Shown: piece after piece, positions 47,250 to 60,817 of the stretch
Layout of the letters: each line of letters opens with the position of its first letter
Position numbering within the stretch: the first letter of the stretch is position 1
Source: Antechinus flavipes
Taxonomy: Eukaryota
Direction of reading: 5' to 3'
Assembly: GCF_016432865.1 (NCBI RefSeq)
Contig: NC_067402.1
Span: forward strand, 16,306,001 to 16,370,000
Length of the DNA: 64,000 nt
Made by a program: the position numbers and the translations under genes
The notes under the pieces: model-generated
What the model saw: the letters and a program-made list of their open reading frames with translations, nothing else
Database searches by the model: none
What the model was told of the DNA's origin: nothing

Positions 47250-48186
47250 TCAACAAGTCCTCTCTCCACTTCTCTCTTCCCCCCCCCTCCCCGCCCGCCC
47301 CCCATTTCCTCTCTCTTTCCTTTCTGGAGAGAAAACAATACGATTTGGCGACGGGCGAACAATCAGCAGATGTAAAGCTTGGAGCTGTGGCTTTTTTTTT
47401 TCCCCCTCTGCTGCCTGCTTTCTGCCTCCCCACCCCAGGAAGCTAGTCTCCCAGAGGCACAACCCTCCCAGCTTTCATACGATTCACTTTTACGATGCCC
47501 TAAAAGCCCCCTAATAATGGCCATTTTACGATACGAAAAGTGGCCGCCGGGTCATCCTTCCTCAAAGTTCCAGGGAAGAATGAACACCCCCGCCCCAGCC
47601 TACCCTCTGTTCCAGCGTTCACGCCCGGGGTTCTTTCTTTTTCCCCCATTTATGCCTACTCTTCGCTTCTTCTCCCCCCCCCCCAACTTCATAACCCTGC
47701 GAGCTCTTGCCCTTATTATTTCCTAAACTCCTTTTTTTGGGGGGGATATAATTAGTAACGCTGTTTCCCCAGGAAAGCCCTGCTAATAAATTATCCGCCG
47801 TGACAAGCACCTATTCACTTCCCCCATTCCCAATATCTACCTCTCTGCCCCCTCAGCTGTTAGAGTTGGGAGTGAGGAGGAAAGGTTGCGGATTTCTTTC
47901 GGCTCCCCCCTTTTCCCTTCGCCTCGCCTCTTTCCCTCCTTCTTTCCTTTTCGTCTTTCCTTTATGCCTTAACTTGTCTCCTAAAGCGGCCATTTGATTT
48001 ATCCCATTTCCCAGCACAGTGGAACTGAGCGAACTAGATGTACACGAGAGAGAGGGGGAGATTCAGGCGAGAAGGAGAGGGAGAGGAAAGAGAGCCACAG
48101 ACAGGAGGAGAATGGCAGAAAGAAAAGATAGGCAGGGACAGGGGAAGCAAGACGGGCAGTGAAAGACAGAGCTCGTGGTAATCGCG

Positions 48187-48188
<2 letters not shown>

Positions 48189-48240
<52 letters not shown>
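48189..48240. repeat. (GA)26 microsatellite 20 nt inside the HOXA5 intron
   Basis: Read directly. Confidence 0.95.
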
Positions 48241-48244
<4 letters not shown>

Positions 48245-48260
48245 CCAAGGTTAGCTTTAC

Positions 48261-48819
48261 CATGACTTATGTGCAGCTTCCTCATCCAGGGGTAAATCTG
48301 GGGCTGGGCGGGCTGGGCTGGACTTTGCTCGCTCTGGGCACTCGCCTGCTCGCTGCTCGCTGGGGTGTCATCCTCAGTCCCAGACGAGGTGCCAACCCCC
48401 TCTCTGCTTATGTGAGTGCTGCTGGAATTGGACGAAGTGCTCGTGGAGTTAGCTAGCGAGTTTTTCACCCCGTGATGACTCTCGCTGACAGGCGAAGCGG
48501 CCACGGCGGTGCAGGGCAGAGGGTCAGGTGGAGGCGAGTGAGACGACGTGGCAGGTTGGTTATACCTGGGCTCCGTGGACGCCGAGGTGGCATTGGCGGG
48601 GTAACTGCGGGCTCTCTCATTGGCACCAAAGTGGCTGGAAGCTGAGCGCCCGACGCTGAGATCCATGCCATTGTAACCATAGCCGTACCTGCTGGGATGC
48701 ATGCTCGCTGAATCCCTGTATTGCTCGCTCACGGAACTGTGATCTCCATAATTATGTAACTGGTAGTCCGGGCCATTTGGATAGCGACCGCAAAATGAGT
48801 TTACAAAATAAGAGCTCAT
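48261..48819 (-). CDS. HOXA5: Homeobox A5, coding exon 1
   Basis: ATG at 48819; [29 protein letters not shown]...[13 protein letters not shown]. Donor CATG|GTAAAG at 48261/48260. Exons of 559+251 nt give 269 aa. Confidence 0.98.
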
Positions 48820-49126
48820 TTGTTTTTTGATATGTGTGCTTGATTTGTGGNNNNNNNNNNNNNNNNNNNNNNNNNNNNNNNNNNNNNNNNNNNNNNNNNN
48901 NNNNNNNNNNNNNNNNNNNNNNNNNNNNNNNNNNNNNNNNNNNNNNNNNNNNNNNNNNNNNNNNNNNNNNNNNNNNNNNNNNNNNNNNNNNNNNNNNNNN
49001 NNNNNNNNNNNNNNNNNNNNNNNNNNNNNNNNNNNNNNNNNNNNNNNNNNNNNNGATGCTGGAGGCTCGGCGCGCGCGCCCCGGGCGCGTTCCCGCCACC
49101 AGCTCCCGGCTTTCAGTCGGACTCTT

Positions 49127-49144
49127 GCGCCACCCTCTGGAGAC
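49127..49144 (-). promoter_or_regulatory. CTCF site between HOXA5 and HOXA6 (C5|6 boundary orthologue)
   Basis: Minus strand GTCTCCAGAGGGTGGCGC followed by AAGAGTCCGA. It resembles the CTCF core CCASYAGRKGGCRS and the mouse C5|6 sequence as I recall it. Confidence 0.65.
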
Positions 49145-50476
49145 AAGCTAGATCTTCACCCTGCCGACCAGGGGCTGCAGGGCTGGGGTCGAATTGAGGT
49201 TACAGCCCATTATAGCAAAATTATTGCATTTCCCTCGCCGTTCCATTAGTATGTACCAATTGTGAGGGCTATCAGCTGCAGATCACCAAACTAACGATAA
49301 TGCAAAAGACTGGGGAAAATTGTTTACTTTTATTATTTTGCATCCACTTGCTTTTCTTTTTCCTTTCTTCCCCTCTAATTGTTGGTGTGGGTTGCCTTTT
49401 TTGTTTTTTGAGTCCGGGCTTTTTTTTTTCTTTTTCTTTGGGTCCCGCTGTCAGGTCAGAATTCTGTAAAACACCCCAATCCCCTTATTTCTTTAGGGTG
49501 ATGTACACTGAACCAATTGGAGAAATAAATCTCTCCTCCCCCCCTTCAGCAGCTGCAATCACAGCCCTGTTTTCTGCAGGCGCATAAGGGACACTACCCT
49601 GCCGATTTTAAATGACAAACATCTAGCAAAGATAGCTTTTGTGTTGTAGTTTTCCAAGGCGAGGTCAAATTCCGTACAATTTTATGTCCCCGCCGAATTT
49701 TTTTTTTCCACAAATAAATATGATTTTCATAGATAGCTATTCCAATCGCTTTAAAGACAGAGCTCGGGGAAAATCTTCGTATTCCAGATGCCCGAAAGCA
49801 AGGGGATTTCTTGCTGCGTATCTCTGTGCCCAGGCTTGGTTCCCCGAAAATGCAGAGGCTGTGCTGGGGCGATGCAGAGATAGCTCGATAGACCTGCTTT
49901 GGGAGTCCTGCTCTGATGAGAAAAAATTCAAGGAGAGCCAGAATAGAAGCATTTCAGGGCAGCTCGGGCTGTCGCCTTTATTTTCCTGGGCTTAGAATTT
50001 CGAAAGTAAATGACAAAGGTAGCAGAGAGATAAGAGACAGTCTGGACCAAGCCCACGAGCCACTTGGAAATGCGGAAAGCTCAGGCCAATGTACCACCTA
50101 ATTAAAAAAAAAAAATGCCCCCTTCTTACTGACATTAAAGAGAGGGGGGAGAACCAACAACAACCCGATCTTCTGGAATTGCAGCCGGGACTCCCGTGGT
50201 ACTGTACCCTCGGAAAGATCGGGCTTCTCCCGAGCCTGCAAAGTTCAGTGCCCCGATTTTCTTGCCTTGCCTGGAAGGTTGCTTTTTTTCGCAGTTAGAC
50301 TTAACCGTCTTCATTTGGGAACATGAGTTTTATAGCTCCTTCTAGTCGACTCTTTGTTTCCTGAAAGTTCTTCCATTGCCCATTTCTGCCCGAGGCGAAA
50401 TGACTCTTAGAGGTCTTTTTGGGGGGAGGGGGTGCGGGGGGACCCCAACTGTCTTTTCCCTTCTTTGTTCAGCAGA

Positions 50477-50482
50477 TTTATT
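50477..50482 (-). terminator. Candidate HOXA6 polyadenylation signal
   Basis: TTTATT on the plus strand about 530 nt past the stop. Confidence 0.45.
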
Positions 50483-51013
50483 GGTTTATGTCTTGTTGCA
50501 TTGTTGCTTACTACCGTAAAACTTTTTGTAGATCCCGCTGGACAGCCAGCTCCCAAACACCGTAGGGAGGAGACGACCCCGACCGTAAATAGATTCTCAA
50601 AGGGTTGAAACGCCGGCTTGGTGCTTTTCCCCCTCCAAATTAGCTCACAGTTCAGATGCTAAACCATGCACCTATTCGCTTCTGTAACCGAATCGCAGCT
50701 ACTAGAACAGACACTCGGACAATCCGAGATGCCCAACAGAAAACAGGGTCCCTTCTGGGGGTGGGGTCCCTGGTTTACTGACTTTACAGGAGAAGGGAAA
50801 GGGGAGCTATGTACACAACAGACTTCTAAATGACTCCTATTTTTTTTTCTCTTAAGAAACACACAGTTGATTGCAAATATATAGCCTCTCCTCCAGCTTT
50901 AGAAATAACAGACTGTGATTACTTAGGGCAGCAATAGTGTCGGCAGAAGGAGAACACAAGGGGGGAAAGCCGCTAAGAAAGGGGAAGGCCTGGGAACTTT
51001 CCTGCTGCATTCG

Positions 51014-51379
<366 letters not shown>

Positions 51380-52274
51380 CTACAAGGGCAAGCACAGGGG
51401 TCTATTTCTGCCTTGGCTAATTCTGAAATAATCAAGGAGTCTAAATAGGTCAGTGTGATTTGTCCTGGCTGGCTTGGGTCTTCTCACTTACAATTATTGC
51501 TCTGTGTTTTTGATATCTACGAAGGAATGACTGGGGGCTGGAGAGGGAGCCATACTAACCTCTCTCTCTATAGAGAGAGAAGCAGACAATCATGTGTTTG
51601 TGCCTGGGTGTGAGTGTGCACAAACATCTGTGGAGGTATCAGTGAAAGCAAGCCATCATAGGGCAGCCAAATTGTAAGTAATAAAAATACTCAGCTCTCA
51701 CAACTCCTCGGTGATTTTTCCAAAATCACCTTGCACGAAAGAAAATGGAGCATGCCCCCTTTAAAGATAAATGGATTTTTTTTAAAGGCACAAGACCTGA
51801 GGTTTCCAAATCTGCTTTAGTCCTGCAGTCTTGCTCTAAAGGACCTTCTGTTAGTGGAACTTCGGGAAAGCAGAGGAAATGAGGGTGGAGAGAGGATAGG
51901 CTTTCTGGAGTTTCTGGAAATTAATGGCCTTCAAGGCAAATAGGGTCTTTAGGGCATCCTCCACCTTAATTAAGCCCACCTTGCTGAGGAACTGAAGGGT
52001 TCCTAGGGTCTCAGAAGTTAGCTATTCAGGGAATAGTTTCTAGAAGAGGGGGAGAGGAAGTAGGAGGGACAAATTCTGAAGCTGGAGAACTGGGTCGTCC
52101 AACTGCTTTAGGGTGTCACTAGGAGAGAGAAGATTGGGCATCTCCATCTATCTTTGCATCTCCAGGGCGCATAGGAGAGGGGGGTTTGGTGTGGAGGGAG
52201 ATTGATCATTAATGATGTGTGTGTAGAATGCTGGTCCACCGTGGCTTGAGAACTTCACACGAGGATGTAGCATG

Positions 52275-52279
<5 letters not shown>

Positions 52280-52341
<62 letters not shown>

Positions 52342-52550
52342 CCTTTCAGATTGTCCATGTTATAGATCCCAAATAACTTGGCAATGGCAGCCCCTCACCA
52401 CTCCCCAAAGGTGTCACGTTACATGGCGAAAAGAGCCCTGCCTTCCTATAACCTAGTTTCCACATTGAATTTTTTTCTCTTTCTTTTTTTTTTAATGTAA
52501 AAGAAAACTTTTTCTTTCTTATTTCTTTTCTTTATTTCTTTCTATTATCT

Positions 52551-52617
<67 letters not shown>
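52280..52617. repeat. Two (CT)n microsatellites in the HOXA6 intron (52280-52341 and 52552-52617)
   Basis: Read directly. Confidence 0.9.
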
Positions 52618-52620
<3 letters not shown>

Positions 52621-52690
52621 CCCTTCCTCCCTTCTTTTCTTTCTTTGGTGGAGGTGGGGTTAGAGGGGGAATTGCATGCCAATGACTTAC

Positions 52691-53129
52691 CAGCACAGGA
52701 ATTCATCCGCTGCATCCAGGGATAAACAGGACTCGTGTACTTCCGGTCGCTGCCTTCGTCATTTAAGATTTTGCCCTGCACGCTGCTTTCGGATTTGTAT
52801 TGTTGCTCAGGAGAAAAGTGCAGATACTCCCCGTGGCCCCTCTGTTTGCCACTGCCCGAGGGAGAGGCGCTACTCAGGTCCTTGTCTGAGTAGAAACAAG
52901 AGGTGCCGTACTCATAGGACGCTCGATTGCAAGCAATGACCGTGTTGGACTGTTGGTAGAAACAAGGTGAGGTGTATGTCTTGTCCTGGAGGCTCGATGC
53001 CCCATAAGAAGCGGGGAAATGCCTCAGAGCGTCATAGCCAGCTGGGTAGAGGGGGATTTGCCCGAGGAAGGAGTCCTGTCCATTAGGCANNNNNNNNNNN
53101 NNNNNNNNNNNNNNNNNNNNNNNNNNNNN
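52691..53129 (-). CDS. HOXA6: Homeobox A6, coding exon 1 (start codon hidden in N run 53090-53237)
   Basis: Visible [14 protein letters not shown]...[14 protein letters not shown], donor GCTG|GTAAGT at 52691/52690. The start at 53129 is inferred from the human N-terminus MSSYFVNPTFPGSL. Confidence 0.92.
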
Positions 53130-53537
53130 NNNNNNNNNNNNNNNNNNNNNNNNNNNNNNNNNNNNNNNNNNNNNNNNNNNNNNNNNNNNNNNNNNNNNNN
53201 NNNNNNNNNNNNNNNNNNNNNNNNNNNNNNNNNNNNNGACAGCAGCAAATAGCACCAGCTGACGGCGCGGCGGCCAATGGGAGCGAGCCGTGGAGCCCGC
53301 TCCCCGGGGACCCGCGGCGACCGAGCCAGCAAAGTTACAAACAACCCCCAGCCCGCACACCCGGCAGATTAATGGGCACGCACAGCCAGCCTGCCCGCCC
53401 GCCTCTCTTCCCGGAACGCCAGCCGAGGGCGGCCGGGGAGGGGGTCGGCCTCGGCCTCCTTGGCCTCGGGGCCCCCGGGGTTTGAGAGCCCTCCAGCCTC
53501 CTACACTTGGAGGGGAACCTGGGCCAGGCCTCCCTTA

Positions 53538-53539
<2 letters not shown>

Positions 53540-53584
<45 letters not shown>
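53540..53584. repeat. (CT)n microsatellite upstream of HOXA6
   Basis: Read directly. Confidence 0.95.
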
Positions 53585-53587
<3 letters not shown>

Positions 53588-55194
53588 TAAGTAACTGGTA
53601 CGCCCACAGATCTTCAGCCGAGAGGGGCCGTGACAACCACAGATTCCTCCCCCCCCCCTCCATATCTCTTTCCATTTCCCCCTCCCTCCCAAACACGGCT
53701 CCGAAACTGCAGAAAGGGACCCATTCGTCTATTTAGGCTCCGCCAGGGGGAGGCCGAGGTCAGGGGGTCCTTACCCTTACCTCTCCTTCACCTCCCACCC
53801 GTGGGCGCTGGAGTCCCACCGCACGCTCTAGGGGAGGGGCAAAGCTCAAAGAAGGCCTCCTGCCTCTCTTCTGCTTAGTGAAACTTGGGAAGCAGAGGGG
53901 GTCACCCCTTCCTCTCCTATTGACCCCAAAAGAGGCCTGCGGACAACTCGTCCAGCCGAGCCTTGTAAAAGAGGGAAAGGCACGAAAGGCAGATTTGCAC
54001 TCTGCTTGACCGGAGAGTCAGGCACAGGCACTGTCCTAAATGGTTCTGATCCCCCTTTCGTGCCGCAAGCCGCTTCATTCCATTAAAAAAAAAAAAAAAA
54101 AAAAAAAGACTAAGCACCTCTACTGCCCCGACACAGGGACCTTCCGACGACTGCTGAGGTCCCAAACACCTGGGCCACAGCGACCAGAAATCCCCACTCT
54201 CATCTCCCCAGACCAATTCCCGAAAGAGCGATCCCGAATCCAGCCATTTTCTACCGAGAGCAGAAGGAAATTGCTAACTAACTAACTAACCAAATAGGCG
54301 ACTTGTAAAGATTTGGGGGCACCCGAAGCCATCAAGGGTCTCCCCCAACTCCCTCGGCCTTCTAATCCCTCAGAACGTTCGCGTTTCCTTTTCCCTCAGT
54401 TCATTGCGGCTGTTTACACACTGAAATCGAAATCCAGAGAGACGTGTTTACCTTATTAAAAAGACTTCTCTATTGAACTAGGCGGTGGGCCAATACTCAA
54501 AGAGGCCGGGCAGCTCTGGCCCTGTTCGCAATCCCGAGGACTAAATGATCGAACCCTGGCTTTCAGAACATTTGAATGAACTGATAGATCTATAAAGGTC
54601 GAAATCTGTGCCCTGGGAGGGCTAGCCCAGCCCCAAATCTGACGAGCTCATGTCCTGGGTAGAGTTCTGGTAGTTAGCCCCAGAAATTCTGGATATCTAA
54701 CCCCTTGCGCCCCAGACAGCGAATAAATGAATGCTTCTAACCAGGCTGACTTTCCAAGAGGTGTTTCCTCTAGATCTTTGACTTCCCTGCAGATGTATCC
54801 ATCTCTTAAAAAAAAAAAAAAAACCCAACAACAACCAACAAAAACGCAATAACGTCCCAGTGGCATTTTTATGGTGGTGTTTGTAAAGCCTTCTGGATTA
54901 GCTTTAAAACCCTGAATTCTATGGTGGCTGGAGAAAGTCTATTTATACCATCTTGCTGCATTTCCGGAGGCTGCTTATAAGATCAGTAAAACCCTAGCGA
55001 ATGTATGCAACTCTCAGCAATATCCTGGTGGTGTCAGCGATATCAGTGGCAGTAGCAATTACCTTCAGTGATCAAGCAGGAACTTTGTTAATCTCTTGCT
55101 ATCCCCCCTCCATTTTCCTATCTCTCTTTTCACCCTCCTAATCTGGAGAGATCTGGTGGGTACATATGTATATTTACAAACATCCGTAAGTTGT

Positions 55195-55282
55195 ATGTGT
55201 GTGTGTATATATATATATATACATATACATATGTAAATATATATACACACATATAATATATAATATAATATATATTATATAT
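55195..55282. repeat. (TA)n/(CA)n-rich low-complexity tract
   Basis: Read directly. Confidence 0.85.
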
Positions 55283-56843
55283 AGTGTGCAGACGCATTTT
55301 ATTTTTTTATGGGACGGAGCTAAAGTCCTCGTGCTTATTTCCAGAACAAAACCTTTCCCTGGAAAGTTTCACCAAAATAAATAGGGGCTGGGATGGAGCA
55401 GCCAAAATAGGCTCTTTTCCCTCACTTATTTCAGAATGGAGGCCAAATGAAAACAATGGGGAGAGATAAAGAATCTGTGGTTTAAAACTCCGTGGGAGAA
55501 AGTCCTGATTTGAGGTAGGGTGTTTGCAGTGAAAGCTTTAAATAAGGTTGGAATATTGTGAAAACCAGAGGCGCGGTGCTGACCTGGCTATCTCTGTAAA
55601 CATTTCCATTTTATACATGCCTTTTCAATCCCTCCAGCACCCTCAACTCCTCGGGGTGAGAGGTGGGATTTGGGGTGAGTTGTCATTGTTTTCGTGGTTT
55701 GGCCTAAATTCTCGATATGATTTTCCCAAGACCAAGTGAAATTCTCATTTCTCAGGGTAAAAGGGAAAAACGTTATGTCCTTGTTTCCGTTGTGACTAAA
55801 CCGGAAAAAAAAAATTTTTTTTAATACCATAACTAAAACCAAATTGAAACCCAGCGTATTCTAGAAGGCTGATGTGTGATAGGTTGGCAGCCGACCAATT
55901 TGTTTCTCCATCCAGCTTTAGGTGTTTTTCATGAATCAAAACCAACACACACGCACACCAGGAAACTGGTGTAACCCACACAACAAGCAAGCGGGGTTAG
56001 ACCACAGCACGAGGCAGACCCCAGGGGCTCCCTCAGAGGCCAGACGCCTCCCCGGGCTACCTCTCAACTCTCGCAAAGCAATTGAGGGAAGAGGGAGAGA
56101 AAGGCCACTTACCTCGAAAATGCTCTTCAAAAGGGGAGAGGCTATCCCTGGGATCTGCCCGGGGCTCCAAGAACCCCAGACTCTGCCCGCTATTCCTCGG
56201 TCTCGCCCGATGAAATAGTGTCAACTCCAGCAAGTCCACAGTCAGGCAGGGCCACGGCCACGCCACGCAGTCTCCTTCCCATCAATAGGATCAATAAGTC
56301 AGAGGCTGCTCAACACAGGTGCGGGGCCCAACTGCACCCGACTATTCCAGACAAACCCCAATTTCTCTAGCCACCGACACCAGATACGTCTCTTCTCCAG
56401 CTCAGACCTGGCCCTGGGCCGCCCACGAGCCCCGGAGCTTGCTCTCAGACTCCAAGATCCAAACGATGTTGGCTCCCCAACCCCACCCCCCTCCCAGAAC
56501 CATTGTTTGGATTCCACGGGCCTGAGGGACCTCAGTTTGGGGGAGGAGGCAGCCATGCTATTCACAATCAGTCCTCTCCAAGCTATGCAACCGGTTTCCA
56601 GAATTGTGTAGTTAGGGGTGGGGGTAGGGGTGTCCAGGCCATCCACGGGCCCGCAGAGAACCAACTGGGGTGGGACGTGATCCAGAAATGACCAGGTGCC
56701 CACCACCTCTCTGACTAGGCCCATCCTCCCTCCCCCCCCCTCCCCATTCCCTCACTCCAATAATTCCTCCAAGGGGAAGTGAGAAGCCACTCTCGCCAAG
56801 GCTCGGCTTCCCCTTGGCCGGGGACGCTCGCCGCTACTGCTTT

Positions 56844-56946
56844 TGGCCACAGCGTGGCAGCACTGAGCCCCGAGCGAGTCACCATAAATAATCGCACCCC
56901 CCTTGCTGCAGTTGCAGGGGAGCAGACACCGCAGTGCCATGCAAAT
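56844..56946. promoter_or_regulatory. Candidate regulatory block between HOXA6 and HOXA7
   Basis: Degenerate CTCF-like TGGCCACAGCGTGGCAGCAC at 56844-56863, CCATAAA at 56882-56888, and a perfect octamer ATGCAAAT at 56939-56946. Confidence 0.35.
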
Positions 56947-57228
56947 ACAATTCTTTAGCAGCCGACAGAGCACAAACAACGCCGGTGTTAACATTAGGAG
57001 TGCGCGCGGCTCCTTCTGAATTACGGTAATGAATACCAAGATAATCCCGAAGCCCCAGCCCCCTGCACCGCTGCTGGCTGGGGACTTTGCCTCTCCTTGC
57101 CTCTGCAGCTCGCAGACCGGAGGGCGCCCTGGACCACTGAAACACGCGTGCGGATGCCAAATCGGTTACGAAAACATAGCCCTCTCAGCCCTCCCCAGGT
57201 CTCGATCTGTTTGCCTTTTGCCTGTGAA

Positions 57229-57232
<4 letters not shown>

Positions 57233-57266
<34 letters not shown>
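57233..57266. repeat. (AC)17 microsatellite
   Basis: Read directly. Confidence 0.95.
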
Positions 57267-57268
<2 letters not shown>

Positions 57269-59814
57269 CTTTTTCTTTTTCTTTCTTTCTTTCTTTTTTT
57301 TTTTTTTTAATATAATCTCTTCCCCTTCCAGTCAAATACAAGTCCTCGGTCCTAAACTAAAAGAAATTCGCTTATGATTCAAAAGGAGTAGCGAGCTTCC
57401 AGACTGTACACAGACACCCAGAGATATATACGGAGGTGGACACACAGTCACTCAACAACACCCGTGGCCCCCAAACATCCACGCTGCAATGTCTGCTCCA
57501 AAGCACCCAAACCGCTCTTGGCCACGGTACAAACCGAACCATTCGAAGAGAACCATCTCCACCAACAGCGAAACTTCAGCCAATTAACACGTAAGCCTAG
57601 TCAACCAACTCCCCCAAATTCCAACAACAAATCCATTTCCTCTATTCTCCCATTTCAGACCTCTCTCCTGGAAATCCCGTACCAAACGAGAAGCTGCTAA
57701 TTGCAAGAGGGTTCTCTCAATTTGTAAGTGTCTCTCTTTTATTACTTTTACTCTGGCAAACTGAATTCACTCCAAATTAAGGGGCAGCTCGCACCCAAAT
57801 AAAAACCGGCCCATTTAATTGTTTTTCCCCTTTTTTTCCCTCCCCTTCCTTTGCCGGAAATAGGTTCCTTCGTTGTTTTGGGGGAGGGGGTAGGAGAGGG
57901 AAGGCGGGAATCCGAATTAAAATGAATCACCATCACCAGCACAGGATTTTTTTTTTTTTTAAATGCTCTCTGAGAGAAAAGCCCGCAACCCCAAATCGTG
58001 GGTCCCTGCGAAAAATCGCAAGCCTCTCGTTCAGGGGACAAACACTGGTAGTTTGAGTGGCTGAAGGCAAAGGCTTCAGCTTTTGCTGCTCTGGCAGTGC
58101 CAGGATTCTGAGCCTTGTCCATGGCCAACCAGATGCGCAATCTCGTAGAACTAATCTATGTGTGTACAGATGTGTGGGACATATAATATATAAGGTAGAA
58201 TGCATCCCCACTCGGGCACGCAAATGTGTAGGGATCTATGTGTGGATGTCTCCGTGGGTATAGATGTCTGTCTCCACATCTGTGTCCATTTATGCTCTCC
58301 GAAATCCCTCCCGCCAGGGTCAGCTCGAGGGCTGCTAGGCTACCTCTCGGCGTCTCACCTTTAGATTCTGGCTTACAGGAAGGAACTCCAGTCATTCTGA
58401 CAGCTGTCGCTTCGGTTGCTGCTCGGGAGACGAATCGCCCTCCTTTTGGTGCCAGAAGAAGCAGGAAATTAGCCAGGTTGCGAGTCGAAAATCGGCCAGT
58501 CGGCAGCTTGGATCCAGCGTGCCCCACCTTCCCTTCCCCCCGGGCTCCGGGCAAGGGCCCTGCCGGCAGGTCGGGGCTTGGAGGCGGCCCCTGCATCCCC
58601 TCCTTCTCCGCTCCCCATTGCCTTCCAAAGAGCAAACGCTATAGGGACTGAAAAGCCCGAGATCCGAAGCAGGACCGAGCTCAGCANNNNNNNNNNNNNN
58701 NNNNNNNNNNNNNNNNNNNNNNNNNNNNNNNNNNNNNNNNNNNNNNNNNNNNNNNNNNNNNNNNNNNNNNNNNNNNNNNNNNNNNNNNNNNNNNNNNNNN
58801 NNNNNNNNNNNNNNNNNNNNNNNNNNNNNNNNNNNNNNNNNNNNNNNNNNTCATCACTGAGAAGAGGCAGGTCTTACAGAGGCGCCATCTTACCAGAAAG
58901 GCAGCCCAGGAGTGCTAGGCTGGGCTTTTTGCAGCCCCACTTTGCCCTCGTTTTCTTGGAGGAGCGATTAGACGCTCTCCAGCCAGGAGGAGGCCGCGGC
59001 GGAGGCCGCTTGGCAGAGGCAAGCAGAGTCGAGCTCTGGGCCTCTAGGTCAGCCCTGAGCTGCCTTCCTCCCCCTCCCTTCCCTCTCGGCCTGCCTTCAT
59101 CCTCTTTCTCCCCCTCTCTTCCCCGGCTGCAGCAGAGTTTTAGTGAATTTCGATTTCCTAGGAAGCCTTTTTTCTTCCCCATGAGCCCTTTGCTGCAGCA
59201 GCTCCGGGGTGGGATGAAGTGGCCTAGAACGGACTGGGCTGGGCTGAACGGGACTGGACGGGATGGGGGAAATCACAATCAGCAGCAGGCCCTGCCACGG
59301 ACAGCTCGACCACCGGGCCCCACTTTTTTTTTTTTTGTCCTGCTTGCGGTCTGGACCCTGCACCTCCAGAGCTGAAATCAGATTCTCGGGGACACCGATT
59401 CAGCCCGACTGGACCCGGCTTCCGAGCGGGCCAGAATCTGGAGCTGAGCCGAGGGACACTTCTGGGAAATAGGGCAAAGCCAACTTGGCGAGGGAGGTTC
59501 CCTGCCTCCACCCCCGCCCTCCCAGGATCCTACCCCGAGAAAGGTGCAGTTTGAGGAGGGGGTCCTCCTATAAAGGACAGACCGAATATTGACAGATGGA
59601 AGTGTCTGTTCGTGTTCACGTGTGTCCGCGCACAAACACGTCTCCACACGCACGTGAAAATAGCTCAAACTTGTGTCCTGATATCACATACCCATATCGT
59701 TCAGGCGATATTCTCCCTCTTCTCCGCACCCAAACCCCTTTATTTCCCCCCAGTGCTTTTTATGGTGCCTGAGCGCGAATAAAGAAACCAAGTCTATTGT
59801 CACCAAGCATATAT

Positions 59815-59820
59815 TTTATT
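59815..59820 (-). terminator. Candidate HOXA7 polyadenylation signal
   Basis: TTTATT on the plus strand about 1.73 kb past the stop. Confidence 0.5.
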
Positions 59821-60817
59821 TTTTCTATGTAACATAAACCACATTTGGTGGGGGCGAGACTGGAACAGTCACCTCCACGGAGTTCACACACACACAGTTG
59901 GGACTCTCAAGACCTACGTGGACGGCAGAGCCAAAGTTGACGGGAACACGAGGGAACACCAGAGACGGGGTTAGGGACAGAGGCCGAGACCGAGACTGGG
60001 CAGCCTCCACAGGGCGTTAGAGCTGCCCTACCCGCTTGCCTCGCTATGGGAGTTAGCAACAAAACACCACTCTACAAAGGTATCCCAATGAATGACAGAC
60101 AGCCTTCCCGAGTCAGGGCAAGGTATTACAAATAAGCTTCAAGACAAAATAAATGGCCCCCAAAACTCAATATATACAGGATTTGTTATCGTAGGAAAAG
60201 TCAGGGCAGCAATATTAAACACTAGGTGAGGGGCAAGACACAGAGCGGGGTGGAGAGGTGAGAAGGGTAAGGATAAGGTGTATATAAGTACGGGGGACAG
60301 GGAATGGTCACTTTCGCCAGAAACTTGGTTCAGAGGATATTGCAGCCCTTGGAAGGCTGGCCAAGCAGAAGCCTAATGGGGTGCCAGTCGAGGGGAAAAG
60401 GGTGCCCTCCTTGCCTCCTCCCCCAAAGCGGAGGTATTTTCTTCTGCACTCGGAATGGTCAGACAAGGAGAGGAAAGCCAGTTTGCAGCATATGATTTCA
60501 TTTAGAATCGCTTTGGAATAAATATATTATTATTATTATTATTATCATTTTCAATTTAAATAGAAGCCACTGAGCCCTGGTCCCCAGTTCTCTGCCCAAG
60601 CTACGAAGAAGCGCTCCAGTCAAGTGGACTAAAAGCTTTTTTTGAAAATATTATACTTTTTTCCCTTTTTTTCTTTTTCTTTTTTTTTCTTTTCTTTTTC
60701 TTTTTTCTTTCTTTCTTTTTTTTTTTCTTTTTTTGTCAGTCATCTTTAGCATCTAATCCTTCTCGGATTTCTAAAGTACAGTCTTAATGAAGGAGCTAGG
60801 TAGGTGAAGCAAAAAAA

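Noticed and set aside
49390-49460. Plus-strand pyrimidine tract and CAG acceptor (49453-49454) as a HOXA-AS3 exon
   Set aside because: T-rich tracts are common here, and I could not identify a partner donor or recalled homology.
58881-58895. GGCGCCATCTTACC as a CTCF site
   Set aside because: It fits a YY1 motif (CGCCATCTT, 58883-58891) better than CTCF, and the adjacent sequence is masked.
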